A stretch of DNA of 64,000 nucleotides from Candidatus Saccharimonadota bacterium (GTDB lineage: Bacteria > Patescibacteriota > Saccharimonadia > Saccharimonadales > JAGQNJ01). The notes under the pieces were generated by a model, which had not been told where the DNA came from, searched no databases, and worked only from the letters and a program-made list of their open reading frames with translations. The DNA lies in contig DAISWO010000001.1 in NCBI GenBank assembly GCA_036826295.1, positions 157,652 through 221,651 on the forward strand, given 5' to 3'. Shown here in pieces: positions 19,187 through 28,918 of this stretch (positions within the stretch are counted from its first letter, which is position 1; each line of letters begins with the position of its first letter). The position numbers and the translations under genes are program-made.

Positions 19187-20275
19187 ATGACAACAAAATC
19201 AACCGCAGGACAATTAGCAATTCGTATAGAACCACTACTAGATGAGGTGGTGAAGAAAAAGGCTTCCGATCTTCACTTGCAGGTCGGTCTACCGCCGATA
19301 CTGAGAATTGATGGAAAATTAACTCCGGTTTCTAGTGCTGACGCTTTAACGGAGGAAGCAACAGAAAGCCTAATTTTTGCAATTCTAGATGAAGACCAAA
19401 AACAAATACTTTTGAAAGATAAAGAGTTCGACTTTAGCTTTGCGTACGGTGATTTGGGACGTTTTCGAGTTAACGCATTCCATGAACGAGGTAATCTAGC
19501 CGCTGCTTTAAGGTTAATACCAAATGAGGTGCTAACTATTGAACAATTAGGCTTGCCACAAATAGTAAGTAAATTTGCAGATTATCCGCGTGGATTAGTA
19601 CTCGTGACTGGTCCGACCGGTTCAGGAAAATCAACTACACTAGCTGCCCTTGTAGACAAAATTAACAGTGAAAGACCTGAGCATATAGTTACAATTGAGG
19701 ACCCAGTAGAATTTACTCATAAATCGAAAAAATCAGTTGTCGTACAACGCGAAGTTCATTATGATACATATTCATTTTCGGCTGCGTTAAGATCAAGTCT
19801 ACGGCAAGATCCTGATGTTGTATTGATTGGTGAAATGCGCGACCTGGAAACTATCGCCGCGGCTATAACCATCGCAGAGACAGGTCATTTAGTATTTGCA
19901 ACTCTACACACCAACTCTGCTTCGCAGTCGATAGACCGTATGATTGACGTGTTTCCGCCGCATCAACAACCTCAGATTCGTTCTCAGTTGGCTAATATCT
20001 TAATGGCTATTTGTTCTCAACGCTTAGTGCCATCAATTGGCGGCGGAAGAATCGCGGCTGCAGAAATTCTAGTCGCTAACCCCGCGGTTAGAAATATTAT
20101 ACGAGAAGGAAAAAGCCATCAGCTAGAAGCAGTGATTCAAACTGGCGCAGAGAATGGCATGCAATCTATGGATAAGACCCTTGTTGGGTTGATCCAAAAA
20201 GGTTCTATCACTTACGATGAAGCCAGAAATGTTGCAGTAGATCTCGATGAACTCGATCGGATGATGCGGGGTTAG
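19187..20275 (+). CDS. pilT: type IV pilus retraction ATPase PilT
   Basis: ASDLHL..., GPTGSGKSTT, IGEMRD, TGHLVFATLHTNSA, AIRNLIREGK-like motif (AVRNIIREGK). Confidence 0.9.
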   Translation: MTTKSTAGQLAIRIEPLLDEVVKKKASDLHLQVGLPPILRIDGKLTPVSSADALTEEATESLIFAILDEDQKQILLKDKEFDFSFAYGDLGRFRVNAFHERGNLAAALRLIPNEVLTIEQLGLPQIVSKFADYPRGLVLVTGPTGSGKSTTLAALVDKINSERPEHIVTIEDPVEFTHKSKKSVVVQREVHYDTYSFSAALRSSLRQDPDVVLIGEMRDLETIAAAITIAETGHLVFATLHTNSASQSIDRMIDVFPPHQQPQIRSQLANILMAICSQRLVPSIGGGRIAAAEILVANPAVRNIIREGKSHQLEAVIQTGAENGMQSMDKTLVGLIQKGSITYDEARNVAVDLDELDRMMRG

Positions 20276-20301
20276 TATGATGATTGATATCGGAGTTGCC
20301 A

Positions 20302-21516
20302 ATGCTAACGTATAGATATACGGCAAGGGAGCCAATTACTGGTAAGAAAGTGAACTCTGAGATTTCGGCAGATAGTGAACAGGCCGCGATTAAAGCTATT
20401 CAAAAAGACGGTTTGGCGCCAATTAATGTGACTGTAAAAGATGTGAATTCGAATTACATCGGGCGTTTTAGAAACAGGATTAAGACCAAAGATAAAGTGC
20501 TTTTTTCTCGACAACTTTCAACCTTAATTAACGCCGGACTTCCATTAGTCCAGAGCTTGCGTAATGTAGCCGGTCAAACACAAAACAAGAATCTCCAAAA
20601 TGTAATAAATATTGTCATTACTGACGTCGAATCGGGGAAGTCGTTTTCTGACGCTCTGGCTAGACATCCGGTTGTTTTTGATTCAATTTTTATAAACTTA
20701 GTCGCCGCTGGTGAAGCATCAGGTACATTAGACAAGGCTCTAGAGCGAATCGCTAACCAAAAGGAAAAAGACGCAGAGATAATCAGTAAGGTACGTGGAG
20801 CGATGGTTTATCCAATAATCGTGCTTCTTGTTATGGTGGCGGTTGTTATATTTATGATAGTCAGCGTGCTTCCCGGCGTAGAAGAGGAGTATAGCGGTAT
20901 TCCGGGCGCACAACTTCCTCTAGTTACGAAAGTCTTGCTATTCGTCGCACACTTTACTATCAAATATTGGTGGATAGAGTTGATTATAATAGGTGTGGCA
21001 ATTTTTGTAACTAGTAGGTGGGCGAGATCTTTTGGCGGCAAACGTGCCATCGATCGAATGAAAATGCGTGTTTGGCCGATTGGTAGGTTATTTATGAAGC
21101 TTTATATGGCAAGATTTACAAGGGTAGGTTCGACCTTGGTGGCCAGTGGCGTTCCGTTAATTCAGATGTTAGATATTACCGGCAAATCAGTGAACAATAT
21201 TTATATTCAAGAATCTCTACAAAAAGCCGTAGAAAAGGTAAAAGGCGGAGTCGCATTGTCCACCGCCTTGAAGGGTGATGAAAACTTTTTGGAGCTTGTG
21301 CCTGATATGCTTCGAATCGGAGAGCAGTCTGGTTCAGTAGAACAAATGCTTTCAAAAACAGCAGACTATTACGAAAGAGAAGTAGATAACGAGATTAAAG
21401 CCATTTCTACGACAATAGAGCCGGTGCTGATGATTGTTATGGGTATTGTGGCTATCACTATAGTTACGGCAATACTATTACCGGTGTACAGTTTGGTTGG
21501 TAAGGACTTGTTGTAG
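20302..21516 (+). CDS. pilC: type IV pilus platform protein PilC (GspF family)
   Basis: Duplicated GspF domains with three TM segments. Start placed at ATG 20302, with GGAG 6 nt upstream. Confidence 0.9.
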   Translation: MLTYRYTAREPITGKKVNSEISADSEQAAIKAIQKDGLAPINVTVKDVNSNYIGRFRNRIKTKDKVLFSRQLSTLINAGLPLVQSLRNVAGQTQNKNLQNVINIVITDVESGKSFSDALARHPVVFDSIFINLVAAGEASGTLDKALERIANQKEKDAEIISKVRGAMVYPIIVLLVMVAVVIFMIVSVLPGVEEEYSGIPGAQLPLVTKVLLFVAHFTIKYWWIELIIIGVAIFVTSRWARSFGGKRAIDRMKMRVWPIGRLFMKLYMARFTRVGSTLVASGVPLIQMLDITGKSVNNIYIQESLQKAVEKVKGGVALSTALKGDENFLELVPDMLRIGEQSGSVEQMLSKTADYYEREVDNEIKAISTTIEPVLMIVMGIVAITIVTAILLPVYSLVGKDLL

Positions 21517-21595
21517 GGGGAGATTTTTGTTGCATTTTATTAATTGAAACAGTAGTATATTAAACATAAGCATAAAATAACTATCAAAAAGGGGA

Positions 21596-22093
21596 ATGAA
21601 AATGGGCATCAAAGATATAAAGAGAAAAAGACAAGAAGGCTTCACTATAATCGAAGTAATGATAGTGCTTGTTATTGCTGCAGTTATATTGTTGATGGTG
21701 TTCTTGGCTGTTCCAGCCTTACAGAGGAATTCGCGAAATACGCAACGCAAAAATGATGCGGCGAACTTGATGGCAGCAGTAAATGAGTACGCCACTAATC
21801 ACAATGGCCAACTTCCAACTTCACAGTCAGTCTTTGATAGTGAAGTTTTGCCTAACGTTAAATTAGGTTTTTATGATGATGATCCAACGGCTGATGAGGT
21901 AATATTTTCTACTACAGCTGGTCCTGGCGGAGAAGTCGATGATGACGATGGCGCCCTGTACATAGTTACAAATGCAAAATGTAGTAGCAGTGTTGCGATA
22001 ACGGGCACTGGCGCAACATCTAGACAGTTTGTCGCGGGGTATAACGTTGAAACTGGCGCCGGCTTAGATCAATCGCAGTGTCAAGACGGCTAG
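21596..22093 (+). CDS. pilA: major type IV pilin (prepilin)
   Basis: Class III signal MKMGIKDIKRKRQEG|FTIIEVMIVLVIAAV with F+1 and E+5. Followed by a terminator. Alternative start at 21602. Confidence 0.85.
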   Translation: MKMGIKDIKRKRQEGFTIIEVMIVLVIAAVILLMVFLAVPALQRNSRNTQRKNDAANLMAAVNEYATNHNGQLPTSQSVFDSEVLPNVKLGFYDDDPTADEVIFSTTAGPGGEVDDDDGALYIVTNAKCSSSVAITGTGATSRQFVAGYNVETGAGLDQSQCQDG

Positions 22094-22112
22094 TTGCATA
22101 AATAGTATTTTA

Positions 22113-22150
22113 GGGAAACCCTTCGTTAAAATGGCGTAGGGTTTCTTTTT
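22113..22150 (+). terminator. intrinsic terminator after the pilin gene
   Basis: GAAACCC (22115-22121) pairs with GGGTTTC (22139-22145), followed by TTTTT. Confidence 0.6.
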
Positions 22151-22180
22151 ATTTAATAGGCAAGTAGTATAAGCATAATA

Positions 22181-22996
22181 ATGATCTATTTTATATTAGG
22201 GTTACTTGGTCTATGTTTCGGTAGTTTTACCAATGCCGTTGTTTGGCGTATCCACGAGCAAGATACCAAGAAGACTAAAGACAAAAAACTCTCAATCTTA
22301 ACAGGTAGATCGATGTGCACATCGTGTAAACACGAATTACATGTGCATGATTTGATCCCTGTTTTTAGCTGGCTGTCACTACGCGGTAGGTGTAGATACT
22401 GTAAGAAAAATATCTCATGGCAATATCCAGCAGTAGAACTACTGACCTCTTTAATTTTTATAGGTTCTTATGTATTTTGGCCTATTAGTTTCGATAGCAT
22501 TGGAATATTTCAGTTCTGTCTCTGGCTGGTCTTTGTTATCGGTTTTATGGTATTGGCTGTTTATGATCTGAAGTGGATGATCCTACCAAATAGAGTGGTT
22601 TATCCGATGATAATGCTCGGCGTAGTATATGTTCTTGGCAGTAGTCTTATCTTAAAGTCCACAGTACCTTTATCGCAAGCATTTTCCGGAGTCTTAATCG
22701 CAAGCGGGCTTTTTTACATCTTATTCCAGATATCTCGCGGAAAATGGATTGGCGGGGGAGACGTCAAGCTTGGGATCGCGATAGGTCTAATTATTGGTGG
22801 AGCCGCTCAAGCACTGCTAGTTTTATTTATCGGCTCACTACTCGGGAGTTTAGTGTCCATTCCGATACTAATATCCGGCGGAGGACGAAAAAAGAAAATC
22901 CCATTCGGTCCATTTTTGATACTTGCAACTATAATCGTGTATATCTTCGGCAACAGTATTTCCGACTGGTATCTGAACACCTTCCTATTAGTTTGA
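22181..22996 (+). CDS. pilD: prepilin peptidase PilD (A24 family)
   Basis: Cys-rich N-terminal region (CTSCKHEL...CRYCKK), multiple TMs, and GGGDVKL catalytic Asp motif. Confidence 0.9.
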   Translation: MIYFILGLLGLCFGSFTNAVVWRIHEQDTKKTKDKKLSILTGRSMCTSCKHELHVHDLIPVFSWLSLRGRCRYCKKNISWQYPAVELLTSLIFIGSYVFWPISFDSIGIFQFCLWLVFVIGFMVLAVYDLKWMILPNRVVYPMIMLGVVYVLGSSLILKSTVPLSQAFSGVLIASGLFYILFQISRGKWIGGGDVKLGIAIGLIIGGAAQALLVLFIGSLLGSLVSIPILISGGGRKKKIPFGPFLILATIIVYIFGNSISDWYLNTFLLV

Positions 22997-23040
22997 GATA
23001 ACGATCATACAACATAGAGCTTATGGTATACTAATTAGTA

Positions 23041-23874
23041 ATGATTATAGGGGTGAATGAACAAAATTCAGCCACTGATAAAAGTAGTGGGTATACAGTT
23101 GTAGAGACAATGCTATTCTTGGTGATATCTGGGGTGATTTTAGCCACGTCTTTACTTTTCTTCAAAGGTAGGCAAGAGCGCATCCAGTTTACTCAGGGAA
23201 CAAGAGAGATAGAAGCGCAACTGAAGACCACGATGAATGAAGTCACTTCTGGCTATTACCCGAATAAAGGAGATTTTAGTTGCAGTGAAGGATCTGAAGG
23301 TCCAGTATTGAATTTTAGCGGTTCAAACGAACTTGGGACTAATGAGAACTGTATATTTATCGGGAAGATGCTAAAATTCGCTAGTAATGGATATGACGCG
23401 TATTCTGTTCTCGGCCTTCGACGAAATAACACGACTATCGCAAATTCTTTAGAAGCATCAAAACCAGTAGTGTCAGAGAACATTAAAGAGTCTTTTAAAT
23501 TCCCTTGGGGGATTACTGTGACTAAAGTTGTTAGCTTTAAAGGTGCAACCAATGCAGAAAAGAGTTCTGTAGGCGTCCTAACCTCTATTGGAACATTTTC
23601 AGATGACGATGGTGATGGAACATTTGATATTGCCGCTGGCTCCCAGACGGCTAATTTGTTACCAATTGGGTTGGGACTTGATGATTCTTTCGAGACATTT
23701 TCTGACAACGTTAATGATATGACGGATGCCGACAGCCGACCTAATAAAGTATATATTTGTCTGGAATCAGGTGGTGGCGACCGAAAGGCCACTATAATCT
23801 TGGGTGGAAACGACAAACAGCTAAATACAGAGCTTGTGATTGATTCAAATTTCCCGGAGTGTGAAGATGCGTAG
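23041..23874 (+). CDS. pilin-like protein (minor pilin, 277 aa)
   Basis: Prepilin signal ...DKSSG|YTVVETMLFLVISGVIL with E+5. Confidence 0.7.
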   Translation: MIIGVNEQNSATDKSSGYTVVETMLFLVISGVILATSLLFFKGRQERIQFTQGTREIEAQLKTTMNEVTSGYYPNKGDFSCSEGSEGPVLNFSGSNELGTNENCIFIGKMLKFASNGYDAYSVLGLRRNNTTIANSLEASKPVVSENIKESFKFPWGITVTKVVSFKGATNAEKSSVGVLTSIGTFSDDDGDGTFDIAAGSQTANLLPIGLGLDDSFETFSDNVNDMTDADSRPNKVYICLESGGGDRKATIILGGNDKQLNTELVIDSNFPECEDA

Positions 23875-24334
23875 ATTATCCATCGGTCAATCAGGTGATA
23901 CGATTGTAGAGGTGTTGATAGCGGTTACGGTTATAGGTTTATCAATTGGTTTGGCATATGGAGTGGCTAATCGTAGTTTAAAGACGGCTAGACAGTCTCA
24001 GGAGCGTACGGAGGCCGTGAAACTTGCTGAAGGGCAGACCGAACAACTGAAGGCCATGTCATACAGAGATGCTGCGAGCGACGAAGGCATCTTTAATACC
24101 GGCCAAACGTATTGTCTAATAAATGGTGAAAAGAAAACTTCTTCGGGGTTAACTATCGGCTCGCTAGATGATGATGATTTGTCGAATTATAATGCAGATT
24201 GCACAGAAGGTCTTTATCATATTGCAGTTGTGCCCGCCAGCGATAATAATTTCGACATATATGTTAGGTGGTTTGGTATTGGTCAGCTCGAGAAAGAACA
24301 AGTTAAAATATCTTATAGGTTGTACAGCGAATGA
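23867..24334 (+). CDS. pilin-like protein (minor pilin)
   Basis: MRRLSIGQSG|DTIVEVLIAVTVIGL with E+5. Start moved to ATG 23867, with GGAG 7 nt upstream. Confidence 0.7.
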   Translation: MRRLSIGQSGDTIVEVLIAVTVIGLSIGLAYGVANRSLKTARQSQERTEAVKLAEGQTEQLKAMSYRDAASDEGIFNTGQTYCLINGEKKTSSGLTIGSLDDDDLSNYNADCTEGLYHIAVVPASDNNFDIYVRWFGIGQLEKEQVKISYRLYSE

Positions 24335-24972
24335 TATATCGAGACAAAAATGGTTTTACATTAGTGGAATTAATGATAGCGGTTACGGTGTTCTCTGTAT
24401 TATTAATACTATCGGCCGCTTCATTAACACAAATTAGCCGATTGTATTACAAGGCAGTAATTGTTACAAAAACTCAAAATGTTAATAGAAACATAATGGA
24501 TAACATTGCCCAGGCCTTTCAGTTTAGTTCTGGCAATGTAGCTACTGGTGGCCCTAGTAGTAACGGCTTAAAGAGTATCTGTGTCGGCAATATTAGGTAC
24601 ACCTACGTACTTAATAAACAGATCAACTCAGTGAATAAACACGGTCTTTGGAGGGATAAAATTGCATCAAGCGGTTCTTGTACACCATTAAACTTTTACG
24701 ATGATTCTGAACTCGAAAATTCAATTTCTTCCGCAGAAGGTGTTGAATTACTAGAACCAGGAATTAGACTCAAAGCTATTTCTGTCACCCCTAGTGCTGT
24801 TACTGAAATAAAAAATGTTGATGTCGCGGTGATATATGGTGACGATGATTTGATAGATTTCAGTGATAGCGCAAATACTCAACCGGTGGGCTGTAAAGGG
24901 GGTGTAACGGGTTCACAGTGGTGTGCGTTGTCGCGACTTTACACTCAAGTTTTTTCAAGAGTTAAAAGCTAG
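24331..24972 (+). CDS. pilin-like protein (minor pilin, PilW-like)
   Basis: MIYRDKNG|FTLVELMIAVTVFSVLL with E+5. ATGA-coupled to the upstream gene. Confidence 0.7.
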   Translation: MIYRDKNGFTLVELMIAVTVFSVLLILSAASLTQISRLYYKAVIVTKTQNVNRNIMDNIAQAFQFSSGNVATGGPSSNGLKSICVGNIRYTYVLNKQINSVNKHGLWRDKIASSGSCTPLNFYDDSELENSISSAEGVELLEPGIRLKAISVTPSAVTEIKNVDVAVIYGDDDLIDFSDSANTQPVGCKGGVTGSQWCALSRLYTQVFSRVKS

Positions 24973-24990
24973 TGTACAATAGATATTAAT

Positions 24991-26043
24991 ATGAAAAGCA
25001 TAAGGATTAAACTCAACCAGCGTGGCGTAGCATCGATAATAGTTGCTGGTGTATTTGTAGTGATAATATCCTTGATAGTTACAAGTTTTGCACTACTCAT
25101 GAGAAGAGAACAAAGGCAGTCGCTGGATAAGCAACTTAGTACTCAGGCATATTACGCGGCAGAATCTGGTGTCAACGCAGCGGTGAAGGCTCTTGATAAT
25201 AACGCGAGTTTATCAAATGAGGACTGCAATGCTACGAACGAAATTTTGCCTGGTTCAAATGACCTAGGAGACAGCTTAGAATATACATGTGTCTTGGTGG
25301 ATAACGACCCTGGGGAGCTCATATATTCACCAGTTTCAACTGAAAAATCTACAATTTTGAAACTTAATGCGCCAGGGGCCGATACTATAAATATTAGCTG
25401 GCAAGATTCGGCTAATAAAGAAAATTATGTAACTGCGTCAGATGGCCACCCGTTATCTAACAATAGTTCTATTGGTCCTTTACGAGATGAAGTGTGGCAA
25501 TCAGGCGTTTTGCGCGTATCTCTAATGCCTATAACTCAACCGATTACTAGGGAAAAATTAATCAATGAGACGCAGACCCTATTCTTGTACCCTAATTTGA
25601 ATACATCCGCCGGCAGAATTGGTGCTCATCAATTCTCTGCATCTAAAGCTGGGCAAGGTGTTTTTGTGGATGGCGAGTGTAGTCCTGCGAATGGCGGGAC
25701 TAATCCCGATATGCCTTATGACTGCAACATGAAGATTACTAATTTACCGGGGGTGGACTCGTATTATATCAGGCTAAAATCGATTTTGAGTACACATTCT
25801 GTTCAGATTACTGCTAATGGTGATGGCAATCAGATTCAGTTACCTGGTACGCAAGCCGTTATTGATGCTACCGGTAAAGCTAACGATGTGCTTCGTCGAA
25901 TTCAAGTGCGCGTGCCTCTAAATGCGGATTATAGCTATCCAGAATTTGGCCTAGAAACAACTAATGCTATCTGTAAAGACCTAGAGCTATACGTACATAT
26001 CCCAGATCATTTATTTAATATGGACAAAGATAACTGCTCGTAA
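24991..26043 (+). CDS. PilX-like pilus-associated protein (hydrophobic N-terminus without E+5)
   Basis: NQRG|VASIIVAGVFVVIISLIV N-terminus. Last gene of the pilus cluster. Confidence 0.5.
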   Translation: MKSIRIKLNQRGVASIIVAGVFVVIISLIVTSFALLMRREQRQSLDKQLSTQAYYAAESGVNAAVKALDNNASLSNEDCNATNEILPGSNDLGDSLEYTCVLVDNDPGELIYSPVSTEKSTILKLNAPGADTINISWQDSANKENYVTASDGHPLSNNSSIGPLRDEVWQSGVLRVSLMPITQPITREKLINETQTLFLYPNLNTSAGRIGAHQFSASKAGQGVFVDGECSPANGGTNPDMPYDCNMKITNLPGVDSYYIRLKSILSTHSVQITANGDGNQIQLPGTQAVIDATGKANDVLRRIQVRVPLNADYSYPEFGLETTNAICKDLELYVHIPDHLFNMDKDNCS

Positions 26044-26044
26044 T

Positions 26045-26959
26045 TTAATTAGGATCTTTGTGGAATTTATCATGAATCTTTTTAAGGTGTGGGTCTGTTA
26101 CATGAGTATATATCTGCGTAGTAGCCACATTACTATGGCCAAGCATTGCTTGAACGCTTCGTAAATCTGCGCCATTCATTAGTAAATCAGTTGCAAAAGA
26201 ATGTCTCAGTGTATGAGGTGACACGTGTTTAGTGATTCCAGCAGATTTAGCATATTTTTCAACCATTCTTTGTACGCTTCTCGCTGACAATCTCTTGTAA
26301 TCTCCACTCAAATTTGCAGAATTTTTACCGCTGTTGTTGATGAAAAGCGGTGTCAATGTGTCAGCTCTTTTACTTAGATATTTTTCTATCCATTCTACGG
26401 CGTTAGTACTAATAAAAATTGGTCGATCTTTCTGGCCCTTACCGCGCACCATGAATTCACGACGTTTCAGGTTAATGTCATCGCGATTTAGCTTTACTAG
26501 CTCAGATACCCTAAGTCCACTAGAAAACAACAGCTCTAAGATGGCTCGATCACGCAACCCTGCAATATTTTCAGTTTTGGGCGCAGAAAATAACCGCGTA
26601 AGTTCGTCTTGGTTTAGAAATGTTACTTGGGGGCGTTTTGTTCTGGCTAGCTCGATCTTATCGGCTGGTAGAGTCTTAATGTCTCTTTTCGCGCAAAATT
26701 TTAAAAACGATCGTAACGCTATAAGGTGATAGTTTTGAGTAGTTTTTTGAAGTTCATCGGACGTATTTGTACCCAGTCGGTTTAACCATAGTCGCCATTT
26801 TTGTACGAATTCGGGGGTTATGTCGCTAACTTTGATATCTCCGCCAAAATCTTCTAATCGCGTAAGGTAATGGTCGTAATTCTCTATAGTTTTTTGTGAA
26901 CGGTTTTGTTCAATCTCTAGGTATTCTAAAAAGTCGGTTTTAGCTTTAGCAAATTGCAT
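26045..26959 (-). CDS. tyrosine recombinase XerC/XerD family
   Basis: SAM-like N domain plus catalytic R...HTLRHSFATDLL...LGHSNVATTQIYTHV. Confidence 0.85.
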   Translation of the reverse strand: MQFAKAKTDFLEYLEIEQNRSQKTIENYDHYLTRLEDFGGDIKVSDITPEFVQKWRLWLNRLGTNTSDELQKTTQNYHLIALRSFLKFCAKRDIKTLPADKIELARTKRPQVTFLNQDELTRLFSAPKTENIAGLRDRAILELLFSSGLRVSELVKLNRDDINLKRREFMVRGKGQKDRPIFISTNAVEWIEKYLSKRADTLTPLFINNSGKNSANLSGDYKRLSARSVQRMVEKYAKSAGITKHVSPHTLRHSFATDLLMNGADLRSVQAMLGHSNVATTQIYTHVTDPHLKKIHDKFHKDPN

Positions 26960-27051
26960 ATATTTATCATACGCTAGTTGCTGTTCAAATCGTGCTCTAA
27001 TCTGTTACAATTAGCTCTAACAGTTAAATAATATATAATAAGGAGTAGATT

Positions 27052-27561
27052 TTGGAACGAACATTAATTATTTTAAAACCTGATGCCGTAAAACGAGGAA
27101 TAGTTGGAGAAATCTTAAGCCGATTCGAAAAAGCCGGTCTAAAGATAGTCGGTACTAAAATGCTTGCACCAGATGAACAACACTTCCATCATCATTACGA
27201 AACTATCGGAAAGATGGTAACTCGTAGAGGCCAAGAAGCATTTGATGTAACGCTTCAGATGATGCAGGAAGGTCCAGTGATAGCGTTTGTTCTTGAAGGC
27301 ATTAAAGCCGTCCCACTTGTCAGAAAGATGGTGGGGGACACAGAACCAGAGAAGGCTTTACCGGGCACAATAAGGGGTGATTATGCGCATATGGGGTTCG
27401 AGTATAGCAACAAAGAGAAGATTGGTGTCCCTAACCTTATTCACGCCTCTGGCGATTCAGAAGAAGCTAAAGATGAGATTGCTCATTGGTTTGCCGAGTC
27501 AGAATTATTTGAGTATGAAACAGTCCACGAAGTCTACACTCAGGCAAAAGCTAGAAAATAA
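27052..27561 (+). CDS. ndk: nucleoside-diphosphate kinase (TTG start)
   Basis: ERTLIILKPDAVKRG...GTIRGDY...NLIHASD-like motif (NLIHASGD). SD AAGGAG upstream. Confidence 0.9.
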   Translation: MERTLIILKPDAVKRGIVGEILSRFEKAGLKIVGTKMLAPDEQHFHHHYETIGKMVTRRGQEAFDVTLQMMQEGPVIAFVLEGIKAVPLVRKMVGDTEPEKALPGTIRGDYAHMGFEYSNKEKIGVPNLIHASGDSEEAKDEIAHWFAESELFEYETVHEVYTQAKARK

Positions 27562-27598
27562 CACTTCATAAGCTAGTTGTGCGGAAAAGGTCGATTAT

Positions 27599-27910
27599 TT
27601 AATCTGTTCTAGATGAATAGTCTTGACCCCACTCTAAAAGTCGATCTCGCACAGGTTCTAGTTTGCCTCTGATTGATTCTGGGAAATATATACATTCACC
27701 TTGTTCGATCGCTAAGTCGCATATTAGCTGAGCTCTCCACCATAAAAATTTTCCATCATTTACTTCTGCTAACAGAGGCGTGAGAGCAGTCTCGCCGAGA
27801 CCCAAGATCTGCGGGTATTGTTCCGCCCTCTCAAAGCCTCCAGACCAACAACGCGTTTCTTCATCAAGCTGCGCCGATAATTCGTGAACTAAGTCGTCAG
27901 AACTTTCCAT
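27599..27910 (-). CDS. hypothetical acidic cytoplasmic protein (103 aa)
   Basis: ORF only. No recognisable motif. Confidence 0.45.
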   Translation of the reverse strand: MESSDDLVHELSAQLDEETRCWSGGFERAEQYPQILGLGETALTPLLAEVNDGKFLWWRAQLICDLAIEQGECIYFPESIRGKLEPVRDRLLEWGQDYSSRTD

Positions 27911-27974
27911 TTATTCCTCGCCATAAGAATATATTATTGCTTTTTTGGGTTAATAATTTTGTATAATTCAAATT

Positions 27975-28358
27975 TTAGTTAGAATCACACAAGCTTGGTT
28001 CGCCTGCAAGCATTAGTTCGTCAGGACAAAGACCCTGAGTTTGTTGCTCGTTGACGCCCGGAACATAGTTTTTGCCAGTTGTTAAGCCGAAAAACCACAC
28101 TGAATACCCAATAACGACAGAGGTGAAGACTGCGATGAGTACATATTTATGAAGTCTGTCTTTAGAATATAGCCAGACGTATATCCCGAGTACGAGTGCA
28201 ATTATTGCAGCGTAATTTGCTGGCGAACCGAGCAAACCGTATGGAATGTCTATAACCAAACGAATTGTCCCATATATGAAATACAACGTCGCTAGTATGG
28301 AACCTGCCAATGCTAGGTTGTGCATATTATTATTTTTTGCGATTTGTTTTTTAGGCAT
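27975..28358 (-). CDS. hypothetical membrane protein (127 aa, 3-4 TM, Cys pair at C-terminus)
   Basis: ORF with SD AAAAAGGAG upstream and hydrophobic helices. Confidence 0.5.
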   Translation of the reverse strand: MPKKQIAKNNNMHNLALAGSILATLYFIYGTIRLVIDIPYGLLGSPANYAAIIALVLGIYVWLYSKDRLHKYVLIAVFTSVVIGYSVWFFGLTTGKNYVPGVNEQQTQGLCPDELMLAGEPSLCDSN

Positions 28359-28425
28359 AATGCCGCTCCTTTTTAATTATAAGCATAACTATAAACCTTT
28401 TAATTATATGTATCTACTTTTTAAA

Positions 28426-28448
28426 TGGTACCCCGGACAGGATTCGAA
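28426..28448 (-). repeat. exact 23-nt copy of the 3' end (T-loop to CCA) of the adjacent tRNA-Arg
   Basis: tggtaccccggacaggattcgaa is identical to 28594-28616. Confidence 0.9.
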
Positions 28449-28593
28449 TTGATTGATCCGCTCGAGAGCTAGGGAGAATTCGCTAGAAATATTTAAAACT
28501 CAAACAGTCCCCGACTGTTTTCGCCTGTCGGTCCGAATCCTATAAATGAATAATCCTTCATAGCTAACCCTTAAAAGGGTTTGCGACGAAGGA

Positions 28594-28670
28594 TGGTACC
28601 CCGGACAGGATTCGAACCTGTGACGCCCGCCTTAGGACGGCGGCGCTCTAATCCACTGAGCTACCGGGGC
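28594..28670 (-). tRNA. tRNA-Arg (anticodon CCU), CCA encoded
   Basis: Manual cloverleaf: acceptor GCCCCGG/CCGGGGT, D arm GCTC/GAGC, anticodon stem CCGCC/GGCGG with loop gtCCTaa, T arm ACAGG-TTCGAAT-CCTGT, A73, CCA. Confidence 0.9.
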
Positions 28671-28673
28671 TTA

Positions 28674-28913
28674 CTATATTCTTTTGTGCAAGTTTGTACG
28701 TATGCTACCACTTTTCTTGACTTGTAGTTCTCGTAATCTTGCTTTTATTAAGGTACTGTAGGCTTCATAATATACTAAAACGATAGGTAAATGATGCTTT
28801 GTTGAAATTACTCTCCCTGAAACGTGTTCATTCGTCCTTCTCCTCAGATCATTAGTAGAGCCATGATAATATGAGTTGTCCTTTTTAGACTGAAGTATGT
28901 AGAAGTAGTACAT
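28674..28913 (-). CDS. GIY-YIG nuclease family protein (79 aa, UPF0213/YhbQ-like)
   Basis: MYYFYILQSKKDNSYYHGSTNDLRRRTNEH... gives the GIY-YIG-type YxY...YxG...R...E core. The stop lies 3 nt before the tRNA 5' end. Confidence 0.8.
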   Translation of the reverse strand: MYYFYILQSKKDNSYYHGSTNDLRRRTNEHVSGRVISTKHHLPIVLVYYEAYSTLIKARLRELQVKKSGSIRTNLHKRI

Positions 28914-28918
28914 TATTA

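Noticed and set aside
26045-26959. A tyrosine recombinase as the integrase of a mobile element carrying the pilus locus.
   Set aside because: The sequence has the typical XerC/XerD layout and length. No flanking direct repeats or att-like tRNA fragments adjoin it. It is treated as the housekeeping dimer-resolution recombinase.
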